From: Synechococcus sp. | GTDB lineage: Bacteria; Cyanobacteriota; Cyanobacteriia; Thermostichales; PCC-7336 | Length of the DNA stretch: 56,802 nucleotides | Reading direction: 5' to 3' | NCBI GenBank assembly: GCA_051439605.1 | Contig: JBFRWN010000062.1 | Span: 1-56,802, forward strand | In this document: piece by piece, positions 19,599 to 28,949 of the stretch | Layout: every line of letters begins with the position of its first letter | How positions within the stretch are numbered: position 1 is the stretch's first letter | The notes under the pieces: generated by a model | Databases searched by the model: none | The model's input: the letters and a program-made list of their open reading frames with translations, nothing else | What the model was told of the DNA's origin: nothing | Position numbers and translations under genes: made by a program

Positions 19599-20111
19599 TC
19601 AGACCCCAAAGGCCTTCGCCTTAGATTCCATCGATTGGGTCAAGGTGACCGAGAAAAAGTAGGCTTGTACCTCTGGACCGAACTCAATTAAATCCCCGCT
19701 TTCTAAATAGTGAGTGGCAATTTTGTTGCCATTCACCTTCACACCATTCGTGCTGCTGCTTCCTTTGCGGTTGCCGTCAACCAAGCAGTAGGTAAACTCC
19801 TCAGGTTTACCTGGAGAGGGGACATGAATCAGATAGGCATGTCGTCGAGATACAAACCGGTTTGGGATGACGATCTCGTTACTACTATTGCGACCAATAC
19901 TGTACATACCAGCGTTGAGGAGATAACCTCGAGGCTGCTGACCATCCTGAACACCCAAAACAAAGGAAAGTTGTTCCGAACTCTGGGGGTCAGACGGTGA
20001 TGGACTCTCAGCATCATGACAGGGCTTCTCTGGAGCTAGAGTTTTGCTGCCATTGCCATTGGATAGCGATGAGGGCTCTGGGTCAAACAATCGATCGAGA
20101 CTTTCGGTCAT
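19599..20111 (-). CDS. FHA domain protein
   Basis: SIGR, FVSRRHA, SSTNGVKVNG, GDLIEFG. Confidence 0.92.
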   Translation of the reverse strand: MTESLDRLFDPEPSSLSNGNGSKTLAPEKPCHDAESPSPSDPQSSEQLSFVLGVQDGQQPRGYLLNAGMYSIGRNSSNEIVIPNRFVSRRHAYLIHVPSPGKPEEFTYCLVDGNRKGSSSTNGVKVNGNKIATHYLESGDLIEFGPEVQAYFFSVTLTQSMESKAKAFGV

Positions 20112-20382
20112 TTCTCTTTCCTAACAGACGCAATGCTTGCCGGAAGAGCTGACCTCTGTCCGCTGTAACCAACGCTCAGGGTGAGACAAGAAACGAACAA
20201 ACAATATGGCAATGCTCAATCCGCTTACACAAGGTCTTCGGCTTGAATGTACCCGCGAAGGCGGGGTTGGTTATCGACACGAGTAAATTAAATCAGCAGC
20301 AGGCTGCTGTAGATAGGGATCTACCTGCGCATAGGGAAACACACTTTAAACTGTATGGGTGGAGTGATAGAAAAACCTGAAA

Positions 20383-20739
20383 ATGACGGTCACAATATAC
20401 GGAATCCCTAATTGCAATAGCTGTAAAAAAGCCCTGAAGTGGTTGGAGAACATTGGGGCTCAATATGAGTTCGTTAACCTGAAGGAACATCCACCCACCA
20501 AGGAAATAATTCTGGGATGGGTGAACGATCTAACAGCCAAACCGATGCGAAATACGTCTGGTCAAGCCTATCGAGCCATTCCAACTGCCACCCGCGATGC
20601 CATGACTGACGAACAATGGGGGCAGGCATTTGCAGACAATGCCATGCTGCTCAAACGACCCTTGTTTGTTGTAGACGGGGTGGCCGTTGCCACAGGCTTT
20701 CGATCCCCCGACTCACTTCGCCAAACGCTTGGGGTATGA
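20383..20739 (+). CDS. ArsC/Spx/MgsR family protein
   Basis: IYGIPNCNSCKKA, LLKRP. Confidence 0.9.
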   Translation: MTVTIYGIPNCNSCKKALKWLENIGAQYEFVNLKEHPPTKEIILGWVNDLTAKPMRNTSGQAYRAIPTATRDAMTDEQWGQAFADNAMLLKRPLFVVDGVAVATGFRSPDSLRQTLGV

Positions 20740-20865
20740 CACCTGCAACGATGGATTGCCGTCTCGCGCCATCACAGCCATCTCAAAGCGGGCTAGGGTT
20801 CGGGAGTCAATAAACAAGCCCACCTTCGATTCTGACAGTTTCGATCCCGCTAGATTCGAGGGCAA

Positions 20866-21129
20866 CTAGTACGTCTGAGAGGCGCTATATTGGCCGTCAT
20901 GCCCTTGGGTTAATGCCTTAAGGTGATGATTTTCATCAGCCAGCCGATCGCATTCAGCGAGCAAAAGATCGATATCGCTACAGGCTCTCTGAAGTTCCTG
21001 TCGCAGGCGCGATAAGTCTTGGAACCCGAAAGCCGCAAAGGAGGTAGCGTGGAGTTCTGCTCTGCGATCTCGGTTCAGCTCCCGCTGCATTTCGATCAAA
21101 TCTTGAGTACTCAGTTGGAAGGTCGCCAC
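20866..21129 (-). CDS. Hypothetical small coiled-coil protein
   Basis: 87 aa, GTG start, heptad-rich (LRQELQRA...LADENHHLKAL); fills the gap between convergent and tandem genes. Confidence 0.55.
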   Translation of the reverse strand: MATFQLSTQDLIEMQRELNRDRRAELHATSFAAFGFQDLSRLRQELQRACSDIDLLLAECDRLADENHHLKALTQGHDGQYSASQTY

Positions 21130-21269
21130 AATTTGTCATCACTGATAGACGCGGACAGTTCAAGTAGGACGGTAGTTATTTCGACAAGGGAGTCGGGTCG
21201 GTCACTTTGTCCCCAAGGGCTTGGCTGCTGCTTTACCACCCCAAGTATCGTGCGATCGACCAGTGGATG

Positions 21270-21310
21270 CTGTGACTGAGATCGCTACCTACGGGCGATC
21301 TCAGTCACAG
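21270..21310. repeat. Perfect 16-bp inverted repeat (hairpin)
   Basis: ctgtgactgagatcgc-tacctacgg-gcgatctcagtcacag. Confidence 0.85.
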
Positions 21311-21425
21311 TTCAGATACCCGACTCGGCCCGATCGCTAGTGCCCTCCTGTCTAACCCACTCTGCCATCCGTAACCAGACACTATCCAGTTTTGAAGCAT
21401 CTCCCCTGCCCCAAGAATGGGGAGT

Positions 21426-23774
21426 CTACTTGCGTCGATTGCGGGACTTTCTTGGCTGTTGAAACTTTGCCTGCAAATCCTCTAACGAAGATGAAGATCG
21501 CTGAACCTGATTCGCCTTCGGTTTGCTTGGCTTGAGCTTATCCGACTGAAGGCGATCGGACTTGGTTTGGTGTGACCGTGATGGGTTCGGTTGGGGCCGA
21601 TCTTGGGAGACTGCCCTAGCCCCCACAGCTTTCATGGACAAACCAATCCGACGCAGCTTCTCATCCACCTCCATCACGCGCACCTTCACCACCTGACCCA
21701 CCTTGACAATGTCTTTGGGGTCGCTGACAAACCGATTGGCCAGCTGCGAAATATGTACCAGTCCATCCTGATGAACCCCCACATCCACAAAAGCCCCAAA
21801 GTTGGCCACGTTCGTCACCACCCCCTCCAGCTCCATCCCTGGCTCAAGGTCCGCGATTGCTTCAATACCTGCTTTAAACGTGGCGTACTGGAACTGCTCG
21901 CGAGGGTCTCGCCCCGGCTTTTCCAGCTCGCGCACAATATCTCGCAGTGTGGGCTCTCCAACGGAGTCCGTGATAAACGGCTTTAGATCGAGAGAACCTA
22001 AGCGATCCGGAGCCTGGGCGAGCCCCTCCACCGTCAGGTTCAAAGTAGAAGCCATCGCCCCCACAATCTGATAACTCTCGGGGTGGACGGCGGTGTTATC
22101 TAAAGGTTGCTGACCCTCTCGAATGCGCAAAAATCCCGCTGCTTGCTGGAAAGCTTTGGGACCCAATTTCGGAACGTTTAAAAGCTGCTGGCGATCGCGA
22201 AAGGCTCCGTGCTGATTGCGGTGGGTGACTACATTATTCGCTACCGATGGGGTAAGCCCTGCCACGTAGGTCAGCAGTTCCTTGGAGGCGGTGTTGAGGT
22301 CAACCCCCACAAAGTTGACGCAGCTTTCCACCGTGTCATCCAACTGCTTCTTGAGCAGCTTTTGGTCCACATCGTGTTGGTACTGCCCTACCCCAATCGA
22401 CTTAGGATCCACTTTGACTAATTCCGCTAGTGGATCCTGCAGTCGCCGCCCAATGGCGATCGCCCCCCTCACCGTTACATCTAAATCAGGAAATTCGGAG
22501 ATGGCTACTGCGCTGGCGGAATACACCGAGGCCCCCGCTTCACTCACCATTACCTTGATGGGTCGAGGGGACAAGTCGGCAATCGCTTCCGCCACAAACG
22601 CATCGGTTTCGCGGCTGGCGGTACCGTTGCCGATGGCAATCAACTCGATACCGTGTTTCTGAATCAGCTCTTGTAAAGTCCGGGTCGCTTCTGCCCGCCT
22701 GGCCTGAGATTGATGGGGAAACACCGCTCGATAAGCCAGGAACTTGCCGGTGCGATCCAACGCTGCCACTTTGCAGCCAGTGCGAAATCCAGGATCGATC
22801 CCTAGCGTGGGTTTCATCCCCGCAGGCGCCGCCAGCAGCAAATCCTTGAGGTTAGCGGCAAAAGTTTGAATGGACTCCGCATCCGCCCACTCTTTTTTGG
22901 TGGCGATCGCAGCGTTCGTCAGAGATGGCTTTAGTAGCCGTTGCAGGGCATCGGCCAGCATAGCGTCGTAAAACTCTCGCAAAGTCCGCGCCCGTCCCCT
23001 TACTATCTGTTGGGTCAGGTGAGCCTGCACGGCTCCTTCGTCAAATTCCACCGCAACCGAGAGAATCCCTTCAGATTGTCCCCGTAGAAGAGCGAGCACG
23101 TTGTGGGGGGCAATTTTGCGCAGCGGCGATCGATAGCTGCGGTACATCTCGTATTTGGTGGAACCCTCAGGATGTTTGGACTTAATCTTGGCAACAAACT
23201 CCCCCGATTTGAGAATGACATCTCGCACGTAGGCCCGCAGGTCCGCTCGTTCCGCCACCACTTCCGCCAAAATATCTGAAGCCCCCTGCAGAGCATCCTC
23301 GGGGGTATCCACCTCCTGCTCGGGATTCACAAACCGACTGGCTTCCTGCAGCAAATCCACCCGTTCTGCCCTCTCTTGGTTCAGCTTCTGCAATCGTTGG
23401 GCTAGGGGTTCCAGACCTTTCTCGCGAGCCACGATGGCCCGCGTCCTGCGCTTGGGTTTATAGGGCAGGTACAAATCCTCCAGCTCGGTCTTTTGATTGC
23501 AGGCTTCAATTTGTGCCTTCAGAGGGTCAGTAAGTTTTCCCTGGGACGCAATCGCCTCCAGAATTGTGCGCTTGCGAACGTCAAGTTCGTTCAGATAGGT
23601 GTGGCGTTCCTGCAGCGATCGCAGTTGTGTTTCATCCATCTCCCCCGTGCGTTCTTTTCGGTAGCGGGCAATAAACGGAATCGTCGCCCCTTCATCCAGC
23701 AACGCCAACGCCGCCTTCACCTGTTGAGGGCGCAACGAGAGTTCTGCAGAAAGGGCAGGGACAAAGTCGGTCAT
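21426..23774 (-). CDS. tex: Tex family RNA-binding transcription accessory protein
   Basis: GATIPFIARYRKERTG, GIDPGFRTGCK, IGVGQYQHD, C-terminal S1 domain; start set at ATG 23774. Confidence 0.95.
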   Translation of the reverse strand: MTDFVPALSAELSLRPQQVKAALALLDEGATIPFIARYRKERTGEMDETQLRSLQERHTYLNELDVRKRTILEAIASQGKLTDPLKAQIEACNQKTELEDLYLPYKPKRRTRAIVAREKGLEPLAQRLQKLNQERAERVDLLQEASRFVNPEQEVDTPEDALQGASDILAEVVAERADLRAYVRDVILKSGEFVAKIKSKHPEGSTKYEMYRSYRSPLRKIAPHNVLALLRGQSEGILSVAVEFDEGAVQAHLTQQIVRGRARTLREFYDAMLADALQRLLKPSLTNAAIATKKEWADAESIQTFAANLKDLLLAAPAGMKPTLGIDPGFRTGCKVAALDRTGKFLAYRAVFPHQSQARRAEATRTLQELIQKHGIELIAIGNGTASRETDAFVAEAIADLSPRPIKVMVSEAGASVYSASAVAISEFPDLDVTVRGAIAIGRRLQDPLAELVKVDPKSIGVGQYQHDVDQKLLKKQLDDTVESCVNFVGVDLNTASKELLTYVAGLTPSVANNVVTHRNQHGAFRDRQQLLNVPKLGPKAFQQAAGFLRIREGQQPLDNTAVHPESYQIVGAMASTLNLTVEGLAQAPDRLGSLDLKPFITDSVGEPTLRDIVRELEKPGRDPREQFQYATFKAGIEAIADLEPGMELEGVVTNVANFGAFVDVGVHQDGLVHISQLANRFVSDPKDIVKVGQVVKVRVMEVDEKLRRIGLSMKAVGARAVSQDRPQPNPSRSHQTKSDRLQSDKLKPSKPKANQVQRSSSSLEDLQAKFQQPRKSRNRRK

Positions 23775-23823
23775 AGCGGTGGCCACAGAAGAAGATTGAA
23801 AGATTGAAGACCTGGACATTATT

Positions 23824-24762
23824 GTGGCAAACATTGCTCTCGAAACACCGGGCTTGATGGGCAATTGCGAAACAGGCTATGCTCGCCCCAATGCTTTGCG
23901 GGGTATCGGGGTGGCAGATTTAGAACAGCGGACCGTGGTCGTTGGAGAACATCGCTGGTTTTACTGTGAGTCCAAGCCCTCGGGAACAGAAGAGCATTCC
24001 CCCGCGATCGTGCTGCACGATCTGTTGGCCCAAAGCTATAGCTGGCGACATCTACTTCCCGCTTTAGCCCAGCAAGACCAGCGAGCCATTGCCCCCGACT
24101 GGTTGGGGTTTGGTTTGTCTGACAAACCAAACCCGCGCGAGTTTGACTACAGCCCCTCTGGCTTACTCCTGGCACTCACGAACTTTATCGATGCCCTAGG
24201 ATTAGAAACCTTCAGCCTGGTGTTACAGGGATATCTGGGGGTGGCGGGATTGAAATATGCGATCCAAAATCCCGAGCGAATCGACCGCGTAATTCTAGTG
24301 AATACGCCCTTTTTTGCCCAAGCCAAGCTCCCCTGGAAACTCCAGCAACTAGGACTTCCGCTGGCTGGTGAAGTGCTGACCCAGGATCCCCTCTGCGTCG
24401 ATCGCATCTTAGAAGGCAGCGGCGGAAAGGTCGTCCCCGATCGAGACTTAGACGTCTATCGTGCCCCCTTCCTCAAAAGCTCTGCCGCCGGTCGTGCCTT
24501 ATTGGCGATAGTGCGCAAGCTCAAGCTAGCCGAACTGCTCCCCGAGCTTGAGTCCGGTCTAGTCAAACTCGATCGTCCGATGCTGGTGGTTTGGGGAAGT
24601 AACAACCGGTGGCTATCCTGCGACCTTGCCAAAGCTGCTGCCCAAGCCCTGAAAAAGACTGAATTCGTGGCGATTGCCGATGCCGGACATTACGCCCAAA
24701 TTGACGATCCCGAACGGATGAACGAAGTCGTGTCCCCATTTTTCCGCCGACAGGTGTTTTGA
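23824..24762 (+). CDS. Alpha/beta-fold hydrolase (true start probably further downstream, near GTG 23911)
   Basis: IVLH, SYSWRH, APDWLGFGLSDKP, AGHY. Confidence 0.85.
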   Translation: MANIALETPGLMGNCETGYARPNALRGIGVADLEQRTVVVGEHRWFYCESKPSGTEEHSPAIVLHDLLAQSYSWRHLLPALAQQDQRAIAPDWLGFGLSDKPNPREFDYSPSGLLLALTNFIDALGLETFSLVLQGYLGVAGLKYAIQNPERIDRVILVNTPFFAQAKLPWKLQQLGLPLAGEVLTQDPLCVDRILEGSGGKVVPDRDLDVYRAPFLKSSAAGRALLAIVRKLKLAELLPELESGLVKLDRPMLVVWGSNNRWLSCDLAKAAAQALKKTEFVAIADAGHYAQIDDPERMNEVVSPFFRRQVF

Positions 24763-24817
24763 GCGCCTCAAATCTGAGGGCTGCGATAACAGAGCCAGAA
24801 CTTGAGAGTTCTACAGA

Positions 24818-27800
24818 CTAGAAACTGGGGAGAGTGAAAAACTGGCTGGCTGCTACAGCCATCGCAGCGATCGCCACACCAACGCTGGACCACAATCCCC
24901 ATTTCAAAGACTGTTGTTGTCCGAGCAAACGTTCGACATCCACCTGTAATTGCTCGATGCGATCGCGATTGCTGTCCTCATCCTGTTTTGAAGATGTCAG
25001 TTGCGACTCTACGCCAGCAATGGAGGTCTGTAGCGTCAGCAACGATCCCGTATTACAGCGAATAGCTTCGGGCAGTTGCTGTTCTAGCTGCGCCAACAGG
25101 GTCGATACTCGTTCGATTTCCCCCTCCAGTTCTTGCTGGTTCGCTAGGCTGGCTTTTGCATCCAGTTGAGCCGCCAATGGGGCAATGGCATTCGCAGGCA
25201 GGGTATTGACCTGTTTGAGTTCTAAAGCTGCCAGCGCCTGCTGAATATCCTGTACCGCCTCGCGATCGCTATCCAACAGTTCGCGCAGGTGTTGACCCTC
25301 CGCTTGCAGGGTTTGCAGCAGGTCACCTTGCGATTGAGAGCTGCTCTGCAATTGCTCTTGCAACGTTGCTTGCTGCTGCTGCAGATTGTCCAATTTCGCC
25401 TGCATGGCTGTCAGAGTCTGGACACTGTTCTCTATTTCTTGGCGATCGCTCTCCCACAGATCGCGCAACTGTTGGCAGTCCGCTTGCAGGCTGTTCAGCA
25501 GGTCGTCCGTTTCTAATTGGGAATCGCTCTGCAATTGCTGTTGCAGTGTTGATTGTTGGCGTTGAAGAGTCTCCTGTTGTTCCTGCAGAGATTCCAGTTG
25601 CTCCTGTATGTCCGCTATTGACTGAGCGCTATGTCGCAGTGCCTCTGGTAACTGTTGCTCTAGAGGAGTAACAGTCGTTTGCAAGGCGTAGAGAGTGGTT
25701 GCAAATGTCGAGAGTTGATTTTCCAACTCCGAAGACTTTTGCATAATGGGCTGCAGCACTTCTTCTGAGTTATCAGGGGTGTCTGTACTGGTCTGAATCT
25801 CCTCCACTTGAGCTTCCAATGCTGCGAGACGCGCTTGAGTGGCTGCTAGCGCTGACCGCCACTCAAGCTTGAGGTCATTACCTTCAGAACTGTTGCTCTC
25901 CAGCTCACCACTGCCTGGCTCGGCACTTTCAAGTTCAGTACTCTCAAGATTCACTGTGGCTGAACCCAAAGTCTGGGGCTCAAGAGGAGCTGATGGAGCA
26001 GTCAAGAGCGCTTTCGGTAACTGCTCCACCCGCTCCGCTAGCCGGGATAGATCCTGACCAAACGATCGCAAGTTGGCATCTGTGAGTTGGCTAGCGCTAG
26101 CTTGGTTTTCCTGCTGCTCTTGTAACCGTTCGAGCTGCTCCTGGAGCTGCTGTTGGGATTGGGAGATGGCCTCTAAACCTGTTGGGTCAGCTGGGCGATC
26201 GTCCAGCTGTTGCTCTAGCAAAATCAGTTGGGTTTCTATACGGGAAATATCTTCCGATGGAATCTGCTCCTCCAACCCAGCGAGCGCCGCTTGTAGGGAC
26301 TCCATTTCCCCCTTCCAGCCAGGTTCGGCAAGTTGTTCCGCATGGTCGCCCACTTGAGTTTGTAATTGGTTCAGCTGCTGGAGGGCCTCTTGAAAATCCG
26401 CCTCGGCCGTACGGGATTCTAGATGCGTCTGTAACTGCTGAAGTTGCAGTTCGGAAGTCTCAATTGCCTCCGCAAACCCCCGAAGCAGTGCCCGCACCTC
26501 TTCCAATTCTGTGGATGCGGCACGGGTACTCAGGTCCGCTTGCATCCCGTTCAGCTGCTGTTCGATCGTCCGGTTGGATGCCACCACCACATCCACCGCA
26601 TCCATGCGTTTTTCAATGTCTTCGTAAACAATTTGGAGGGTTTCTAATTGCTCTCGAGCGGTTTGGGACGCGTTCAGGCGTTCGTTGGTTTGGGCCAGAG
26701 ACTTTTCAAGGCGAGCAATCGCATCGTCTCTGGTTGGAACTGACTTGTCGCTTTCAGTCTCATCGATGTCAGTCTTATCTCTGGCAGCCCCATCGTTGCC
26801 GATATCCCGAGCTGTTTCGGTTTCTGGACTGGGGGCACCATTGCTTTGCGTGACGGTGGTTTCAAGGGCAGTCAGTTGCTCGTGCAGGCGCACAATTGAT
26901 TGGGTATTGTAGGCGATCGCTTCGGGCAGTTGTTCGTGAAGCCTGTCCAACCTTGCAGACAGTCCCAAAATCTCTGCCTGCAAGGATTGCACTTCCCCCA
27001 CTGGAGGTTTCAAGCCCTCGGTTAACTCTTCATCGCGTTCTGTCTGGGCAGACTCTAGACGGGCGATCGCCGCTTCCAAATGGGCGATTGCATCTAACTG
27101 GCTACCCAAGTCTTCGGGAACGCTCAAGCCTTCCAGCTTCTGTTGCAGCTCCTGTACTTGCTCGACGAGCGGCTCGGCATTACTTTGAGCAATCTGCGCG
27201 GTTGCCGTCAATTGCTCGTTGAGCGCATCAATTTGGCTTCTTATGCTACCAAACTCTTCTTGAGAATCAGTATTGGCTTGAGACTCCGAGACAGCAGCCA
27301 AGCCTGACTGGACTTCCTCGACCTTTAAACGAACATCCTCCAAGTCGTCATTGCTGGCCCGAGATTGTAGGTCCGTTCGGATCTGTTCTAGTCTTTCTTC
27401 CGCTTGGGACAGGGGTGTTTCCAGATTGGCCAACTGCTCGTGCAAACTCACAATTGACTGGGTGTTGTAAGCCACAGCTTCCGGCAACTGCTGATTGAGG
27501 CTGTCCAGTTGGGCCGACAACCCAGCTACCGAAGTCTGTAACTCTTCAATCCCAGTTTCGGCTTGCGTTTCTAGTTGAGAGTGAGCCGCTTGCAACTCCG
27601 AAAGGTCTGCTTGCCATTTGGACGTACCTAAAGCCGATAGTTCCTGTAGCCGATCGTCCAACTCAGTCAGCGATTGTTGTAACTCGGCGATCGCCTCCTC
27701 TTGTCCAAGCAGGCGATCGATCGACTGACGGTTCTGGGCAACGCTCTCTGGAAAATTCTCTGGCAGGTCCAGGTTTGGCAGTTGCTGCCTAACATCCTCA

Positions 27801-28807
27801 AGATTGCTCGCGTATTCCGAGACCGTTGTACGTAGGTCCTCCAGCGCATCCTGCGCAACTAGGCCATCCAGCCGCTGCGCCAGTTGAGTCACGTCCTGCT
27901 GCAGTTGCGATATCTCTTCCCGGTCCTGCTTCTCTGCAACAGTAGTCAACTCCTCAGTCAACCGAGTAACTTCAGCCTGTAGCTGGACAAATGCCCCGGA
28001 ATCATCCTCTTGCGGACTGTCAACAACAGCTTCCGAGAGCCTGGTTTCCAAAGCTTGAGAAGTCTCTTTAAGCGTCTCTACCGCAGACCTCAACGCAGTT
28101 GTATCGGCGACCTCCCGTTCAATCTGACGCTCGAGCTGACCGAGGGAAGATTGAAGGCTATGAACGGTATTAAAAATTTCCCCAGTACTGGCAACTTGCA
28201 GTTTCAGTTCAGCCAATTGTTCCTGAAGGTGGGCCCGTTCGCTAGTTTGGAGGGTGATGGCTTTCTCCAAGTCCTGCTGCACCTGCTCAATTGCTGAGGG
28301 TATTGCTGCGCTATCTTGGTTGGCCAGCTCCTGCTGGAGCTGCTCTAGTCCCTGGCGTAACTCTGCCAACTCGGCAATCGTTGACTCCGAAAGTCCCGCA
28401 GGATCCGGGAGCGATCCAGCATCCCCAACCGGCACAGCAGCCAGCCCTTCCTCTAGGGTGGCCACCTGAGCGTGCAACGCCACAATCGACTCGGTGTTGT
28501 AACGAATGGCTTCCGGCAACTGGCCCTTGAGCTGGTCAACGGTCGCTTGCAATCCTTCCAGGGTTTCTCCTAACACCTCGGGAAAGTCGATGCCTTCGGA
28601 TAACGCATTCAGAGCGCGATCTGCTGCTTCTAACTTGCCCTCTAAGTCACTCAGTGCCGTTTGCAGGCGCCCCAACAAGTCCTCACCAGCTGCCACGGAT
28701 TCCGTCAACTCCGAAGAGGATGCTGCTGGTTGAGGGGTAGGTTTCGCCGACTGCAATGGCGAATTCGCGGATTCTTGTTTCTTACTGGAGCTTCTGCGTT
28801 TTGCCAC
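24818..28807 (-). CDS. Large acidic coiled-coil protein with C-terminal TM anchor
   Basis: ~1330 aa of E/Q/L heptads; C-terminal WGLWSSVGVAIAAMAVAA; probable GTG start at 28807. Confidence 0.8.
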   Translation of the reverse strand: MAKRRSSSKKQESANSPLQSAKPTPQPAASSSELTESVAAGEDLLGRLQTALSDLEGKLEAADRALNALSEGIDFPEVLGETLEGLQATVDQLKGQLPEAIRYNTESIVALHAQVATLEEGLAAVPVGDAGSLPDPAGLSESTIAELAELRQGLEQLQQELANQDSAAIPSAIEQVQQDLEKAITLQTSERAHLQEQLAELKLQVASTGEIFNTVHSLQSSLGQLERQIEREVADTTALRSAVETLKETSQALETRLSEAVVDSPQEDDSGAFVQLQAEVTRLTEELTTVAEKQDREEISQLQQDVTQLAQRLDGLVAQDALEDLRTTVSEYASNLEDVRQQLPNLDLPENFPESVAQNRQSIDRLLGQEEAIAELQQSLTELDDRLQELSALGTSKWQADLSELQAAHSQLETQAETGIEELQTSVAGLSAQLDSLNQQLPEAVAYNTQSIVSLHEQLANLETPLSQAEERLEQIRTDLQSRASNDDLEDVRLKVEEVQSGLAAVSESQANTDSQEEFGSIRSQIDALNEQLTATAQIAQSNAEPLVEQVQELQQKLEGLSVPEDLGSQLDAIAHLEAAIARLESAQTERDEELTEGLKPPVGEVQSLQAEILGLSARLDRLHEQLPEAIAYNTQSIVRLHEQLTALETTVTQSNGAPSPETETARDIGNDGAARDKTDIDETESDKSVPTRDDAIARLEKSLAQTNERLNASQTAREQLETLQIVYEDIEKRMDAVDVVVASNRTIEQQLNGMQADLSTRAASTELEEVRALLRGFAEAIETSELQLQQLQTHLESRTAEADFQEALQQLNQLQTQVGDHAEQLAEPGWKGEMESLQAALAGLEEQIPSEDISRIETQLILLEQQLDDRPADPTGLEAISQSQQQLQEQLERLQEQQENQASASQLTDANLRSFGQDLSRLAERVEQLPKALLTAPSAPLEPQTLGSATVNLESTELESAEPGSGELESNSSEGNDLKLEWRSALAATQARLAALEAQVEEIQTSTDTPDNSEEVLQPIMQKSSELENQLSTFATTLYALQTTVTPLEQQLPEALRHSAQSIADIQEQLESLQEQQETLQRQQSTLQQQLQSDSQLETDDLLNSLQADCQQLRDLWESDRQEIENSVQTLTAMQAKLDNLQQQQATLQEQLQSSSQSQGDLLQTLQAEGQHLRELLDSDREAVQDIQQALAALELKQVNTLPANAIAPLAAQLDAKASLANQQELEGEIERVSTLLAQLEQQLPEAIRCNTGSLLTLQTSIAGVESQLTSSKQDEDSNRDRIEQLQVDVERLLGQQQSLKWGLWSSVGVAIAAMAVAASQFFTLPSF

Positions 28808-28949
28808 CGTTCCACACCATGCTTCGGGGATATGATAGCCCCGCAATTGCAGAATGAAACCAAGATGTTGGCTGCCGATCGCCTCTCAGCAGTGCTCTGG
28901 CACCCACAGTCTTGAGGAAAAGCACCCACGAAAGCCACGAGGATCTGCC

